A stretch of DNA of 64,000 bases from Octopus bimaculoides. Its lineage: Eukaryota. The stretch lies in assembly GCF_001194135.2 (NCBI RefSeq), contig NC_068996.1, positions 23,153,250 through 23,217,249 on the forward strand. The letters run 5' to 3'. The position numbers and the translations under genes were made by a program. This document shows, piece by piece, positions 11,556 through 25,890 of this stretch. Below the pieces are notes generated by a model. The model worked only from the letters and a program-made list of their open reading frames with translations, ran no database searches and was not told the origin of the DNA. Every line of letters begins with the position of its first letter. Position 1 is the stretch's first letter.

Positions 11556-12916
11556 ATAGATAAATTACTTATAGATAAGGATTTTGTAACATGATATTGC
11601 ATGGTGATCTCGTTTTTCCATCTTTTTCAAATTCTATGGTATGTTAGCTGAAAATGCATTGCATGTCACTGCCGACACACGTCCTAAATTCTGTCTTGCA
11701 TTCCTTTATCATATACTGTATTTGATGGCATAAAAGATATACAGCCACATTGGATACATCCTTTTGTTTCAGTAGCACATTTATGCAGTAAAGTGTGTAA
11801 TATAGGACCATGGATCATATTTTTTGAGACATTCCTTATTCAACAAAAATGGCACCAAATACAATATCAATTTATTTCCAAACTACAGAACTTAACTCAT
11901 ACCCTTATAGCTTAAGCCTTAAGAAATAGCAGCCAAATGATCCTCAAACCACATCTTAGTATTTTTTAAAAAAAACAAAAAATGGAAATTTAAAACTGGA
12001 TGATGAACTTTCTGGATACATTGTCTGCGGATAGTCTATAGTATAAGATGTCTTTGATTATAGATTTGATTGAACTAAACTTGACAGCAAGTAGACAAAA
12101 CAAGAGAAACTGCAGCAACCACAACATACCATCTTCATTATATTACTGGGTTTTGTCTCTCAAAATTCTGTTTTTTTTTTCTTCTTTGGTATTAACATCT
12201 TCACCCAGAGTAAATAAATAAATAAATGAATAAAAGGCTCAGTTAAACAATTGTATTTGGAAATATTTTTCGAAGTAGAAGGAATTTTCAGTATTTTTAA
12301 TTTTGAAGAGTTGGAAGAATTTTCTGATTTCTAAAGTAGAAAGAATTTCTCTAATTTTGACAGCAAATGGAATTTTTCTCGTTTTCTAATTTTTAAAGTG
12401 GAAGTAAGGAATTTAATTTTCATCTTTTTTTGTTCTCCTCTTCAACAAATGAAAACTAATAAAAATTCTTACTCTTAAGATGTAGAGTATAAAATGCTAC
12501 ATGTTTCCATCTTTCATGTAAAAAAGGATTTCTTTTCAAAAGAAAAAAGAAAAAAATACTTCCATTTCTTTTTTTAGTTTTTTTCTTTGTTTGCAGTTTC
12601 CTTTATTTTTAGTTGAAAGTCAGTGACAAATGGAAGTTAATAACAGTGATAGAAAGAAACTACTACAGAAAGGAAGACAGATAGATAGATAGAGGGAGAG
12701 GTGGAGAGTTAGAGTCTTGAGAGAATACTTGAATAAATTGAAAGGAAATCCTTCTTGATTTGAGGTCTCTGTCGACATGAATGGAGACAGATGGATTAAC
12801 TATAAAAGAAACTTAATTTTCACAACACTGTATTCTCTAAATACATAAATAATACCATCACAACCATGACCATCACCATTAAATATATGTGAGCATGCAT
12901 GCACACATATATCTGT

Positions 12917-12985
<69 letters not shown>

Positions 12986-13344
12986 TATGGATGAGTATGT
13001 ATGTATACACATGCATACATGTTATAGCAGAAGCACAAATATGTTCAAGTATTATCATTTTTATTAAGCCTTTTTTATTATTTTTTTTTTTTTCCAGATC
13101 TGCTTATAAATCATTTTATGTTTAGTTTGAAACAATTACATTCCAAAATCGTTTTGAAACCTTTACAATCTCTTTTTCCAAATTAAAATTTGTACAAATA
13201 CTAACATACCCTCTTCCTACATACACATTTACACCTGCAAACATTTGTATACACACACACACTTACACCTGCAAACCTGTGTGTGCATGCACATACACAC
13301 ACTGCACAATTATTATATTCAATATTTTTATACCTATTTTTTCC

Positions 13345-13550
13345 ATGGTTGCCATTTGTTACATTCCTTTGTCACTTCCCAACATTTTGAGACCAGATTT
13401 CACCATTTCTGCCCATGTCTTCCTTGGTCTTCTACTTGAATCTCCAGGAATTTATCTATCTGTTGTCAACCATACTATGTGGAACATGTCCTCACCAATG
13501 CTGTCATTTCTTTTGCACACTACATATATTATATGTGATTTCTTTTTATA
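13345..13550 (-). mobile_element. RTE-clade LINE 3' coding remnant
   Basis: Degenerate translation contains SRRPRKTWAEMVKSGL and a W*GHV motif, matching the RTE C-terminus (RPRKTW; RWYGHV). Confidence 0.55.
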
Positions 13551-13564
13551 CACAGGAATATATC

Positions 13565-13790
13565 ACATCATTGTCATCATTCAATGCTGGTATGCAGTGG
13601 ATGGTTTGACTGTGCAAAGCTCCAATGTCTACGTTGGCATGGTTTCTACAGCTGAATACTCTTCCTAATGCCAACCAATTTTCAGAGTGTATTGGGTGCT
13701 TTTTACATGACAGCAACAGTAGTGAGGTCAGCAAATAACTTGCAAGACAAGACTCCTCAACAGAGGGAGGGTCGTATTAAGGAGGAGGGT
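13565..13790 (-). mobile_element. RTE-tail-type short retroelement
   Basis: Similar to 33663-33860 and 55560-55952 (GTTTCTACAGCTG...CTTCCTAATGCCAACC), with (CAT)n-like tail. Confidence 0.55.
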
Positions 13791-15249
13791 TGTGTGCCAG
13801 ATAATGAGAAATTAGAGTATGAATAGAGATACAAAAATAGGTGTTACCTCCATTGGAGAAAGAGTAGAGAGAGAGAGAGGAAGGGACAGAGAGAGTAGAG
13901 ATAGATGGGAAGAGAGTATATATATATATATATATATATATATGAGTCCAAGAAAGTTAGGGGTTGTGAATCCAACCCGCCAAGGGATAGTAGCTATCTA
14001 ATATACTGCTGGAAGAATACCCAATTATTATTACACTAATGTTTTTTCATTGCATGACAATTACATTACCAAGTGTAATAAATGGGTGAGGGTAAAAAGT
14101 TATTTTACCGTTAAGAAAATGGAGGGGAATAGGTGGTATTTATTGGTAATACAAAGGAAAAACACTAGTGTAATAATAATTGGGTATTCTTCCGGCAGTA
14201 TATTGGATTGACTATGCTGGGGTGCTGTCTTTAAGAAATTGGACAAACAAATCAGCACCAGTACTTATCTTTTAAGCCTGGTACCGATTCTATCACTCTT
14301 TTGCTGAACTGCTAGGTTACAAATATGTAAACAAACCAACACCAGTTGTCAACCCTGAACATACATATGTACATATACACATGTAAATATATGTACAACT
14401 ATGTATGTATATGACATAGATTTACATATGTGTATATATACATGTGTATATCTACAAGTATGGTATATGTATGATGGGAGGAACAGATTTATTGTTGGTA
14501 GTGAATATCAGAAAAGAAACTAACAGAAACGGGTGGAGGGGTGAAATGTAGTGTCAGGGGTTAAAGAGACAGACAGACAGACCATGATGAGTATGGCAGG
14601 GTACATTGAATAGGAGAGTCAGTGCTATTCACATTGTATATGGGTGAATAAGAGTGGCTGAAAGGGTGCTAGAAAGAGAGATGAAAATGATAGTTATAAG
14701 GGAGTAAGCATACTCTCAAGGTGACATCTGCAAGAAAGTAACCAAACGAGAGCAAAATGACACAAGGATAAGGAAGAGGGGGTGAAGGTTACATGAGCAA
14801 TGTATATACACACACACACACACAGATGTATTAATATATGTACACATATGTATGTAATTATATGTGTGTAGATGTGCATATATGTAAATGAATATATGCG
14901 TGTGTGTGTACACATAGATAGATACACATACATTTTCTGAATTGACACATGTCAACTAAAACCTGTCTGAATTTGTCCAATACAGAATACAAAAATTGTT
15001 TTGTCTAAGCAGACAATTTAATTTACTCAGTATATTAATCTTTTCTTTTTTTTTTTTTTGTTTTAAACTTGTGTTGTGTTGGCCTCAATTTGTGTTGATT
15101 TGTAAAAAAAATGTTTTTAGCAGTCCCAAAAAGTGTCAAAACAGCTCAAGTGCTGTTTAGCCCAAGGTCATCCCTGATTTAACAAGCTTATAAATGGCAG
15201 CATTCCCATTGTGGATACCCTGTGTCTTCAAGTGTATCTTAGACTTCAT

Positions 15250-15790
15250 TTTCAGTTTCTTTCTACTAAATCCACTCATAAGGCTTTAGTCAGCCTGAGA
15301 CTATAGTAAGACAACCAAGGTGCCATGCCATGAAACTGAACCCAAAATCATGTGGTTGAGAAGCAATATTCTTAACACATAGCCGTGCCACACACACACG
15401 TGTATATATATATAAAATCATCATTTAATGTCTGTTGTCCATGCTAGCATGGTTGGACAATTTTGATTAGAGCTGGTAAGCTGAGGGGCTGCACCAGATT
15501 CCAGTCTGATTTGGCATGGTTTCTATAAATGGATGCTCTTCCTAACACCAACCGCTCCAAGTGTAATGGGTGCTTCTACATGCCAAGACTACAATTTCAC
15601 TCGTCTTGGAGGATCTTCCTTCTCAAGCACAGCATATTGCCAAAGGATGGATCTTTCTTACCAAGCTACTCACAAAGCTTTGGTTGGCTCTAGGTTAAAA
15701 TATAAGACACTTTCTGAAGGTGTCACTCAGGGGACTGAGCCTAAAATTATGTGGTTGGGGAGCAAACTTCTTAACCAAACAGCCTGCCTG
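15250..15790 (-). mobile_element. Cluster of CORE-SINE fragments flanking an RTE-tail element
   Basis: SINE fragments ~15250-15395 and ~15655-15790; RTE-tail element ~15418-15590. Confidence 0.6.
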
Positions 15791-16855
15791 CTCCCATCAT
15801 AAAAAAACAAAAAACACAAAAAAAAAGAACTAGACAAGACGTTTACAGTTGTAAAACAGCCATAGGTCTGTTTCAGGATGATCTGAAGTTAAACAACAAC
15901 AATAGGAACAACAACAGTAATTCCATCCTCAGGTGTTTCTGACAAATGATAAATACATTTTATTTCAGAAGAATACATCTTATTATTGATTAATTGTATT
16001 TATTATTTTATTTCACTGCCAACTATTATCTATTATTGATTTAACACATTTCTTCAACTTGAAACACAGTTCATCTCACTTAAAACCTGATATGTCGGTC
16101 ATACATTTTCATTCTACAATGTTTTACTTGATGTTGATATTCATGTTGTATGTATATATATATGTATGTATGTATGTATGTGCGTATGTGTATGCATTTG
16201 TGTGTACATATGTATGTGCATGTCTGTATGTATGAATGTGTGTGCATGTATGTAAGAGAAGCAATAAAATTACATTGCTGTTTGGCATATAGAACAATAA
16301 AATACACACCAGACTAAATGGAAGGTGATGTGCAGATCATTGATTGACTAAAGCCTTCAAAATGTTGTTCCAGCATTGTTGTATCCCAATGACTGAAGCA
16401 AAGCTGCTTTTTTTTAACAATGTATCATTGCTATTATGTTAAACTGTTGTATGTCCAAATTTGGCCAAATGCGTTTCTTTTGCAATGAAATTCAATTCCA
16501 ATAATGTAATGTAATAATTGTGTATAACTTAATGTAATATACAAGCCAATAAGAGATGTGGTAGTAGTTTTGCATATCAACCCTTTGCCTGTTCAAATCC
16601 TTTTCATAAGTTTGTCCCAAACATCCATGTTCATCTTCAGACTTGTAATCAGCTCGTATTTCATACATTCTGAGTAATGATAAAGCTCTCTTTTCCTAAG
16701 TAGCCAGTTATTCTGCTATTAGAAAAATGAAAAAAATGTGAATGTATATTATTACATGAAGCATGGATGCCAGGGAAATAATATCTTTTATGTATCACAT
16801 GTAATAGACAAAGGGCTAAAAATAGCAGTCATATTTAGAAAGTGATATTGTTATC

Positions 16856-17170
16856 CTATACACATTGCTTTAAAAAAAGAAATGAAGGAAGTCCATAATT
16901 AGAGAGTTTTTGATCATATAAGTAAGTTTGTTGATTAAAGCTACAACTGTTTAAACTTGGTAATATATGCCAAGTAAAATCAATTGATTTATGTTCAATC
17001 TTCCTTAACAAATTTGTACTTGCGCAGTCTTTTAAGAAATCTTTTTTAATGTTGCTCTGTATAGTGTCTTCAAGAATTATACAGTCAATTTGATTATTAG
17101 ATGTATTCCACAAAGAACTGGTGTACTTGGGGATATTAAAAGTGCAATGTTCTTCTTCTAAATCCATCAA
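16856..17170 (-). other. Unassigned 104-aa ORF, possible host exon
   Basis: Non-repetitive ORF preceded by a strong polypyrimidine tract and AG (TTCTTTTCTTTCTTTCATTCATTTTAG). No recognisable domain. Confidence 0.2.
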
Positions 17171-17519
17171 TTAAAAAAAATTATAAGGGGAAAGCTAAAA
17201 TGAATGAAAGAAAGAAAAGAACAAGATGGCTGCAATAATTTTGAAAAGTGAACATTGAAAATATGTTTTGAGAGAGTCCAATGCTTCAGAGATATTTTCA
17301 ATTTCATACTTTTAAATCAAATTACAGAAGAGAGAAGGAAAAAAATAAATATGTGACAATTTTCATGGTTGCTTTTAACAAATATTCAAGAATTTCATTT
17401 AGATATAGAAACTTTAATTTCAATATTGAAAACTTGAAGAAACAAGCACACAAACAAAAGCTAAATGTGTGTGTGTGTGCGTGCGTATGTGTGTGTGTGT
17501 GTGCGTATGTGTGTGTGTG

Positions 17520-19145
17520 TAGCCATAGCTATGTGGTAAGAAGCTATAGGTGCAAGCATGAATGTGGGTGGGTTAAGTCCCATTGTGTGGCACCTTGGGC
17601 TAATGTCTTCTACTATAACCCAGGACTGACCAAAGCCTTGTGAGTAAATTTGAACATGAATGGAAACTGAAAGAAGCCTGTTACATGTGTGTATACACAC
17701 ACATTTATATATATATATATATATATAGGCACAAGAATAGCTGTAGTAAGAAGTTTGCTTCCGAACCATGTGGTTCTGGCTTCAGTTCCACTGCATGGCA
17801 CCTTGGGCAAGTGTTTTCTACAATAGCTTTGGGCTGACCAAAGCCTTGTGAGTGGAACCCCCATCACCACGTGACAACCGGTGTTGTGTTTACATCCCCG
17901 TAACTTAGCAGTTTGCCAAAAGGGACTGATAAAATAAGTACTAGGGTTGATACATTCGACTAAAAATTCAAGGTGGTGCCCCAGCATGGCCAGAGTTTAA
18001 TGACTGAAACAGGTAAAAGGTTATATATATATATATATATNNNNNNNNNNNNNNNNNNNNNNNNNNNNNNNNNNNNNNNNNNNNNNNNNNNNNNNNNNNN
18101 NNNNNNNNNNNNNNNNNNNNNNNNNNNNNNNNNNNNNNNNNNNNNNNNNNNNNNNNNNNNNNNNNNNNNNNNNNNNNNNNNNNNNNNNNNNNNNNNNNNN
18201 NNNNNNNNNNNNNNNNNNNNNNNNNNNNNNNNNNNNNNNNNNNNNNNNNNNNNNNNNNNNNNNNNNNNNNNNNNNNNNNNNNNNNNNNNNNNNNNNNNNN
18301 NNNNNNNNNNNNNNNNNNNNNNNNNNNNNNNNNNNNNNNNNNNNNNNNNNNNNNNNNNNNNNNNNNNNNNNNNNNNNNNNNNNNNNNNNNNNNNNNNNNN
18401 NNNNNNNNNNNNNNNNNNNNNNNNNNNNNNNNNNNNNNNNNNNNNNNNNNNNNNNNNNNNNNNNNNNNNNNNNNNNNNNNNNNNNNNNNNNNNNNNNNNN
18501 NNNNNNNNNNNNNNNNNNNNNNNNNNNNNNNNNNNNNNNNNNNNNNNNNNNNNNNNNNNNNNNNNNNNNNNNNNNNNNNNNNNNNNNNNNNNNNNNNNNN
18601 NNNNNNNNNNNNNNNNNNNNNNNNNNNNNNNNNNNNNNNNNNNNNNNNNNNNNNNNNNNNNNNNNNNNNNNNNNNNNNNNNNNNNNNNNNNNNNNNNNNN
18701 NNNNNNNNNNNNNNNNNNNNNNNNNNNNNNNNNNNNNNNNNNNNNNNNNNNNNNNNNNNNNNNNNNNNNNNNNNNNNNNNNNNNNNNNNNNNNNNNNNNN
18801 NNNNNNNNNNNNNNNNNNNNNNNNNNNNNNNNNNNNNNNNNNNNNNNNNNNNNNNNNNNNNNNNNNNNNNNNNNNNNNNNNNNNNNNNNNNNNNNNNNNN
18901 NNNNNNNNNNNNNNNNNNNNNNNNNNNNNNNNNNNNNNNNNNNNNNNNNNNNNNNNNNNNNNNNNNNNNNNNNNNNNNNNNNNNNNNNNNNNNNNNNNNN
19001 NNNCCCCGTCACTTAGCGGTTCGGCAAAATAGACCGATAGAATAAGTATTAGGCTTACAAAGAATAAGTCCTGGGGTCGATTTACTCGACTAAAGGTGGT
19101 GCTCCAGCATGGCTGCAGTCAAATGACTGAAACAAATAAAAGAGA
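17520..19145 (+). mobile_element. Tandem CORE-type SINE copies around a gap
   Basis: Heads at ~17520 and ~17727, tail ~18020, and another 3' half at 19004-19145. Confidence 0.75.
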
Positions 19146-19469
19146 GAAAAGAGATTGAACGTTTGATCATTTCTACCCTATCAAAAGCAGGATTTGGAAA
19201 TTGGCATTTTGTGCATGATAGTAGTCTATGATGGCATTACAACGAACTTGTAATAAGTTTCGAAGTTTTAATAAGTCTTAGTGGATAAAGTCATGTGAGA
19301 TGCTGGAGCAAGCATATAAACAATACAAAAAAGAAAAAAAATCCTGAGTGAACTGGGGGGGGGGGTTGTGTGCGTGTATGAAAAATTACAAAAATAAAAA
19401 CTGTACGTTAAATTATATATATAGATATAAAAAGAATTTCAGTTCATGTAAACAATACTTTTGTAGCAA

Positions 19470-20110
19470 CATTGTGGTTTAGAGTTCAACGTCGAAAATT
19501 TCAACCATCCAATTTCAGGAATGTGAAAGTAGACCCTCCAGCACAAGTCACTGAATATTGTGATTCGACTGACGCATGCATTCCTCTGGTGGTGTCGTGA
19601 TTCCGACATGACATCGCATTAAGATAAACGTGTCAGGTCTGTTGACACACTCCTCCGAAAACTCACTGCTCAAGTAGCAAACACCTTTCCTCTGTTGTAT
19701 TTTCGTCTTGAGACTGTTTCGTCTATCTCGACTATCTTTCCAGGACTGCCTATCTGAACTAGTTTGCGGTGGAAGTCCTCTGCACATATTTTACGAACGT
19801 AGCTGTTGTAATCAACAGCTGTGCAGTGCCTCATCCCCAGTTCTTCAACACAAACCGGACTGAAGTCCTTGACCCATGAGTAAAGGGGAAAAAAAGGGAG
19901 TACAGTCCTCAGAGGAGGGTTCCATCTTCCAACCATGTAACTTTTATAACAGACACATATTCGTTACATCCTTTTCGGGAACACTACCAGTAAATTTTCC
20001 CCACAAACCATCTTCTTGTTCAAATAACAGCTTTCTTTTAGGTATAACACCCTTTTCTTGCAAGTAAGAAACTGCATCCTCCTTGGTTTTCAATTTCTGC
20101 ATCATATTCG
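19470..20110 (-). mobile_element. Merlin (IS1595/ISXO2-like) DDE transposase pseudogene
   Basis: Frames give KEDAVSYLQEKG, QIGSPGKIVEIDETVSRRKYNRG, VFGGV and TIFSDLCWRVY, matching Merlin GGPGxxVEIDES/KRKYNRGR/WVFGG/TIxSDxWxAY. Stops and frameshifts present. Confidence 0.85.
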
Positions 20111-21699
20111 AGTTGGCTGTGATCGTATTTTATTTAGGTTGAAATGGTCCAGGAAAACAGTTCAAATTTATGAAAATGAGGTAGTGATAGGACAGCAACC
20201 GAAAATACCCTTTCGTTTCTCAAAAAAAAAAAAACATAGGTGAAAGTGACCAAAATGAGGCAGTATAAACGTGTTCCGAAAATAAGCACTTGTTATTGAC
20301 AGGTTAAGGACAATACGTGTGGTTGGAGTTAGAAGCAGACTATACCTTTGCTTTTTACTGTAGAAACAGACACCAATATGTCTGTGGTTGCCGACTGGCT
20401 AAAATTACTCCAAATTTGCAAACTTTAAAAGCTGTTTATTTCTTAAGTTACTGCAAAAATGAATTTCATTTTCCTAATTAGCATACAAAACCTTAACAAT
20501 ACGCCAAATCTGAAAACGATCGGAACCAAATTTAAAGAATTGAAAACTGACAGCAACAGAAAAAGATCCAAATTATTAATATACATATTTACATACATGT
20601 AACCATTAAGTATGTATGTATGTATGTATGTATGTGTGCGTATCCAGCTGAAGAATTTTACAAATGCAATGAACTCCTTTTACAGTAGCAAAATTTGCTA
20701 TACAATTTTTCTAGAGAAATAAAACAAATTTCCAACTACAACGATCTGAATATACTTAATATTTTGAAGTTCATTCCTTCCTAAACTATCTGACAAAAAT
20801 GAAAGTGCGAGCGACTGTCTATAAGGAGAAACTGGGTAAGAGAGATGAGTGAATAGAAAGAGAGGGAATAAAAGAGAGAGAAGACAAAAAGCATGAGTGA
20901 AGAAGTGAGAGCGAGTGTCCGTATCTCTGTTGGAAAGAGAGAAGAGTGAAGAAATAAAAATATAGACGAGAGGGAGAGAGAGAATTTGACTGTAATTCTG
21001 AGGGAGAGGAGATAGAAAGTAAGGGAAAGAAAGCGTGACTAAGTTGGAGAGAATAGAAGAGAGTGGGAGATAGAATAGTAGAGACTGAGGGAGTGAGAGA
21101 AGAGAGTGAAGACGAGTGGGCAAGCGTCACAAAAAATAATTATGCAATCAGTATAATGTGTATGTATCTATTTCAAACATCGAATATTTTCAGTTTCTTG
21201 GTCCTTCTTAATATCATGTTACAATTGCAGCTGCTATTGTTTTTACTATGACAATGGAGGAGCCACTGTGTACTTCATTCCACATGCTAGAAATAGTAAC
21301 ATTATGTCTCTCAAATTACACTCCATCGCTAAAAAGGACACATTTGATGATGCACTCCTTGATGACTGCGAAAATTTTTTTTTTTGAAGACAGGATAGCC
21401 ACGACTGTGGTGCACTTTTATGATAGAACTACCCAATCCGAGTAGACTGAAGGTAAACAACAAAAACAGTGCCCGGTGTGTTTGTCTCTCGACATGGTTG
21501 TGGTATCTCCTGCAAATCAAAGCCTACTGTCTTTAAAAAAAGAAGAAAAAAATAGGGATACATTAGACAATGCAATCTTAGAAACCTAACAGTTGGTAGG
21601 TAAGTTTGTCACATCTGGAACGTTTTTGATCATAGAATTGCTTGGTCAGAGCTGACCTGGGGCTAAAAGATAACCAATCGACAAACATTTTGTAGTGTA

Positions 21700-22095
21700 T
21701 TTGTTGCTGCTGCTGGTGATAACCTCCTACTGTCTCTATTGTTGTTGATAGTATTGTAACAACTCTTTCGCCTGGATTCTGCTGCTGCTGCTGCTGTTGC
21801 TGTTGTTACACACGTCTATGTGACTACCACCTTCATCACTATCACCATCATCACCGGAAATACTAGCTTCATTCTATTCATTGCCCCAACTTCGATCATT
21901 GCTGCTGCTACTGCTATTACTATTATCGCTATCACCACTACCAATCATCATCATCATCGACACAACACCACCTCAACTGCTGCCACCGCCATCCTGATGC
22001 ATTAACACTCCACTCCCTCACTCTCCATTTACTATCACCAGCAATAAACATCTAACATCACTATCACTTTCACCATCACAACTTCCACCACTACC
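21700..22095. repeat. Compound trinucleotide low-complexity tract (GCT, CAT, CAC, ACT)
   Basis: Directly visible runs. Confidence 0.8.
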
Positions 22096-22468
22096 ATTAC
22101 TACACCACCAAACATCTTTAAACAGTGGACTGCAGCCATGCCGGAGCCCAGGCTTGAAAGATTTTTAATCGAACAAACCAACCCTATTTTAAACCTGATA
22201 CTTTTACTATCTTTCCTTTTTTGCCGAACTGCTTGGTTACGGGGACAACATGATTATCAATCGGTGGCGTAGGACAAACATAATACAAAAACGCGTACAC
22301 GCACACATACATTTTGAACCACACACACACATACATACAGACAGACAGACAGATAGATAGGAAATATAGATAGATCAGATACTTAGATAAGTTTCGGTCA
22401 GCATTGACCCAAATATGAAATATCTATCTACCTATCTATTTATCTATCTATCTATCCATATGTATGTC

Positions 22469-22529
<61 letters not shown>

Positions 22530-23106
22530 GCTTCATATACTTTCTGTCAAATCAATTCACAAGTGTTTGGCCGGCACGGGGCTTTAGTATGTACCACGCA
22601 ATGGAACCATGTGGTTGGGAGGCGCCTGCGCTTGTATAACTAGATCGCAAGGGACGGGATATCGAAGATTTTCAAGTAAAAATATTTTCACTTCTTTATG
22701 TTCTCTTTCCAATTTAAGTGATGATAAATTCACCACCACCACTTTTAAAATCAGACTTTACCGTTCTGCCTTTATTTGCTAGGGTGAAATTTCAAGGAAG
22801 CGTGTGTGCATCCACATTTGTAAATAAATAAACAACATATTAAATACTGGTGTTTTTGTTTTTTTTTTGTTCGTAAAGTCACACACACGTTCATAGTAAT
22901 AAGGATAATCAAATTATAGATATGTAATAAAATAATCAAAAAAATTATTAACGATAAAATTTTGCTAAATAAAGAAAATAGTAATATAATTAAATTAATA
23001 AGAATTAATTTACATAATGATATAGTTTCAAATATTGGCACAGCACTTTCAGCTTTTTGAGGGGAGGGGGTAAGTCGATTATATCGATGCTAGTACTCAC
23101 TTGTAC

Positions 23107-23475
23107 TTATATATATATATACACATACACAGACATATACATATATATGCATATATATATACATATATACACACATTTATATACATATATATACACATAT
23201 ATATATATACATATATATACACATAAATATATATACACACATATATATACACACATGTATACATATATATATAGACACACACAAATATACATACACACAT
23301 ATTTATACATATATATATATATACATACACACATATATATACATGCACATATATACACATATATATATAAACATACACATATATATACATACACACACAC
23401 ACGCACATATATAGATATATATATACACACACATATATATATATATATACATACATACACACACACACACATATA
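23107..23475. repeat. Compound (TA)/(CA) microsatellite
   Basis: Directly visible. Similar tracts at 24542-24975, 4898-4945, 12921-12980, 22470-22525, 31365-31440 and 33920-33975. Confidence 0.95.
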
Positions 23476-23992
23476 TCAGTCCAAAAAACGGAAGAAAATT
23501 GCAACAAACGACAATTAAACATCCGGACCAGTAGACGATACGAAGACAGGACAAAACAACAACGGGCCATTCATGGCCTTCTCTCATCAGTTAAGTTACC
23601 AGATTATCCTTACAGTTTCGACCGGTTGCACTTGAAACTGTTCAAACCTGGCTGGCTCGAAAAGTCTAAGCTAAGAGCATCAAATATTTTGGAAGAAAGC
23701 AAGGGAATGTGTACAACAACAAACAAATAACAACAGGTGTCGTTCGCCTAAATGGAGATGGATCAAGTTGAGCTGGCGTGTGTGCAGTCAAATCCTTGAG
23801 GTAGGAGCATAAATGAAAATCAGGAGACAGGAATATGTGGTGCTTAGTGTTTAGCAGTCAAACCAAGAAAGATCATGCTTAGCCAACACTGGTCACATGA
23901 AAGGAAAGGAGAGAGGTATGGGCAGAGGGATTAAATATATATACACATATTACAATTAATAAGAGGAATGACCACCGAAGTAGATTCCTAAT

Positions 23993-24078
23993 ATGCAAAA
24001 ATGAGCAAGACAAATGAAAATGTACAAAATAAAACGTTTTATTTTGTATATTTTCATTTGTCTTGCTCATTTTTGCAT
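23993..24078. repeat. 86-bp near-perfect spacerless palindrome
   Basis: 43-bp arms centred on AAAAC|GTTTT, one mismatch. Confidence 0.9.
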
Positions 24079-24541
24079 TTTGCATATATGTGTATATATA
24101 TATATATATATNNNNNNNNNNNNNNNNNNNNNNNNNNNNNNNNNNNNNNNNNNNNNNNNNNNNNNNNNNNNNNNNNNNNNNNNNNNNNNNNNNNNNNNNN
24201 NNNNNNNNNNNNNNNNNNNNNNNNNNNNNNNNNNNNNNNNNNNNNNNNNNNNNNNNNNNNNNNNNNNNNNNNNNNNNNNNNNNNNNNNNNNNNNNNNNNN
24301 NNNNNNNNNNNNNNNNNNNNNNNNNNNNNNNNNNNNNNNNNNNNNNNNNNNNNNNNNNNNNNNNNNNNNNNNNNNNNNNNNNNNNNNNNNNNNNNNNNNN
24401 NNNNNNNNNNNNNNNNNNNNNNNNNNNNNNNNNNNNNNNNNNNNNNNNNNNNNNNNNNNNNNNNNNNNNNNNNNNNNNNNNNNNNNNNNNNNNNNNNNNN
24501 NNNNNNNNNNNNNNNNNNNNNNNNNNNNNNNNNNNNNNNNN

Positions 24542-24622
<81 letters not shown>

Positions 24623-24829
24623 CATATATAAATATATATACACATATATATATACATACATGTATATATATATATATATACATGCATATATATATACATG
24701 CATATATATATATATACATGCATATATATATATATACATATATAAACATATACATATATATATATATATACATATATAATATATACATGTATATACACAC
24801 ACACATATATATACACATATATAGATATA

Positions 24830-24867
<38 letters not shown>

Positions 24868-24982
24868 CATATATATACATATATACATATATATATATAA
24901 TATACATACACACACACACATATATATACATACATATATACATACACATATATATATACATACACACATTCATACACAAACG

Positions 24983-25203
24983 CACGAGGGAGTGCTGAAA
25001 AGTTCCTGGCTTTAGGTAAAAGAAAATACAGGAGGATCAGTTAAGTATGACTTTATTTAACATATCCCCCTCTCATATTCACACACTTATTGCAGCTGTA
25101 CTTCAGTTTTTCTAAGCCCTGTTTAAGAATTGTAAAGATTGGATCTCTAACCAATCCTTTCGTGATACCCTGGAAGCTGGGAACCTTTCAGTACCCCCTC
25201 ATA
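24983..25203. mobile_element. Mariner-type MITE
   Basis: Imperfect TIRs ACGAGGGAGTGCTGAAAAGTTCC / GGAACCTTTCAGTACCCCCTCATA. Second copy at 57248-57464. Confidence 0.8.
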
Positions 25204-25220
25204 CAATATGAATAATCATA

Positions 25221-25251
<31 letters not shown>

Positions 25252-25890
25252 CCGTAGAACTTCAGTTTTTGAGTTACTCTGTTCACGAATAAATTGTACT
25301 TTATCTCCTATCTTTCTCCGTTTACGAACGCCTCTGATCACAAATAAATCGTGCTTTATATATATTTATATCTATCTATATATTTATAAAGCATGATTTA
25401 TTCGTGATCAGAGTAGTTTGAAAATCAAGGTACTAGTGTATATTCTTTTACGTGTTTCAGTCATTTTGACTGTAGCCATGCTGGAGCACCACCTTTTAAT
25501 TGAAGAAATCGATCTCTAGAATTATTAATTATCCTATACCCCATTCTAAACACTCTACCTGACATATATACACACACCCATATCCATACACTCAATACCT
25601 ATACTTCACTTGCACCCATACCTAACTGCATCTCTTTTGGTGTATCAGCCCTTGGAGCGCTTTCTGCCAGCTTTGCTGATAGACATAAAGCTAGTTTCAA
25701 TTTTCTGCAAATGTACTATGCACTGGTGCTGATCATAGTTTAATCAATAAGCGCAGGAGTGAGGTAAATGCAGTACAAATGGGGGAGGGTCAGTGGAGGC
25801 CCCAATTAGGCGGTCCTTAAAAAAATAGACCCCATTAGGACATTTCCTGGGATTAGGGAGTTGCTGGTTTGAGTTTCGTTGTCCTTGCAT

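Noticed and set aside
12240-12420. Periodic GGAATTTT motif or possible coding repeat
   Set aside because: Irregular spacing and stops in all frames.
23560-23600. Minus-strand CTGATGA followed by a GGCCAT/ATGGCC hairpin
   Set aside because: No GAAA follows the stem.
23057-24985. Tyr/Ile/His/Cys/Val-rich ORFs
   Set aside because: Translations of TA/CA/TG microsatellites.
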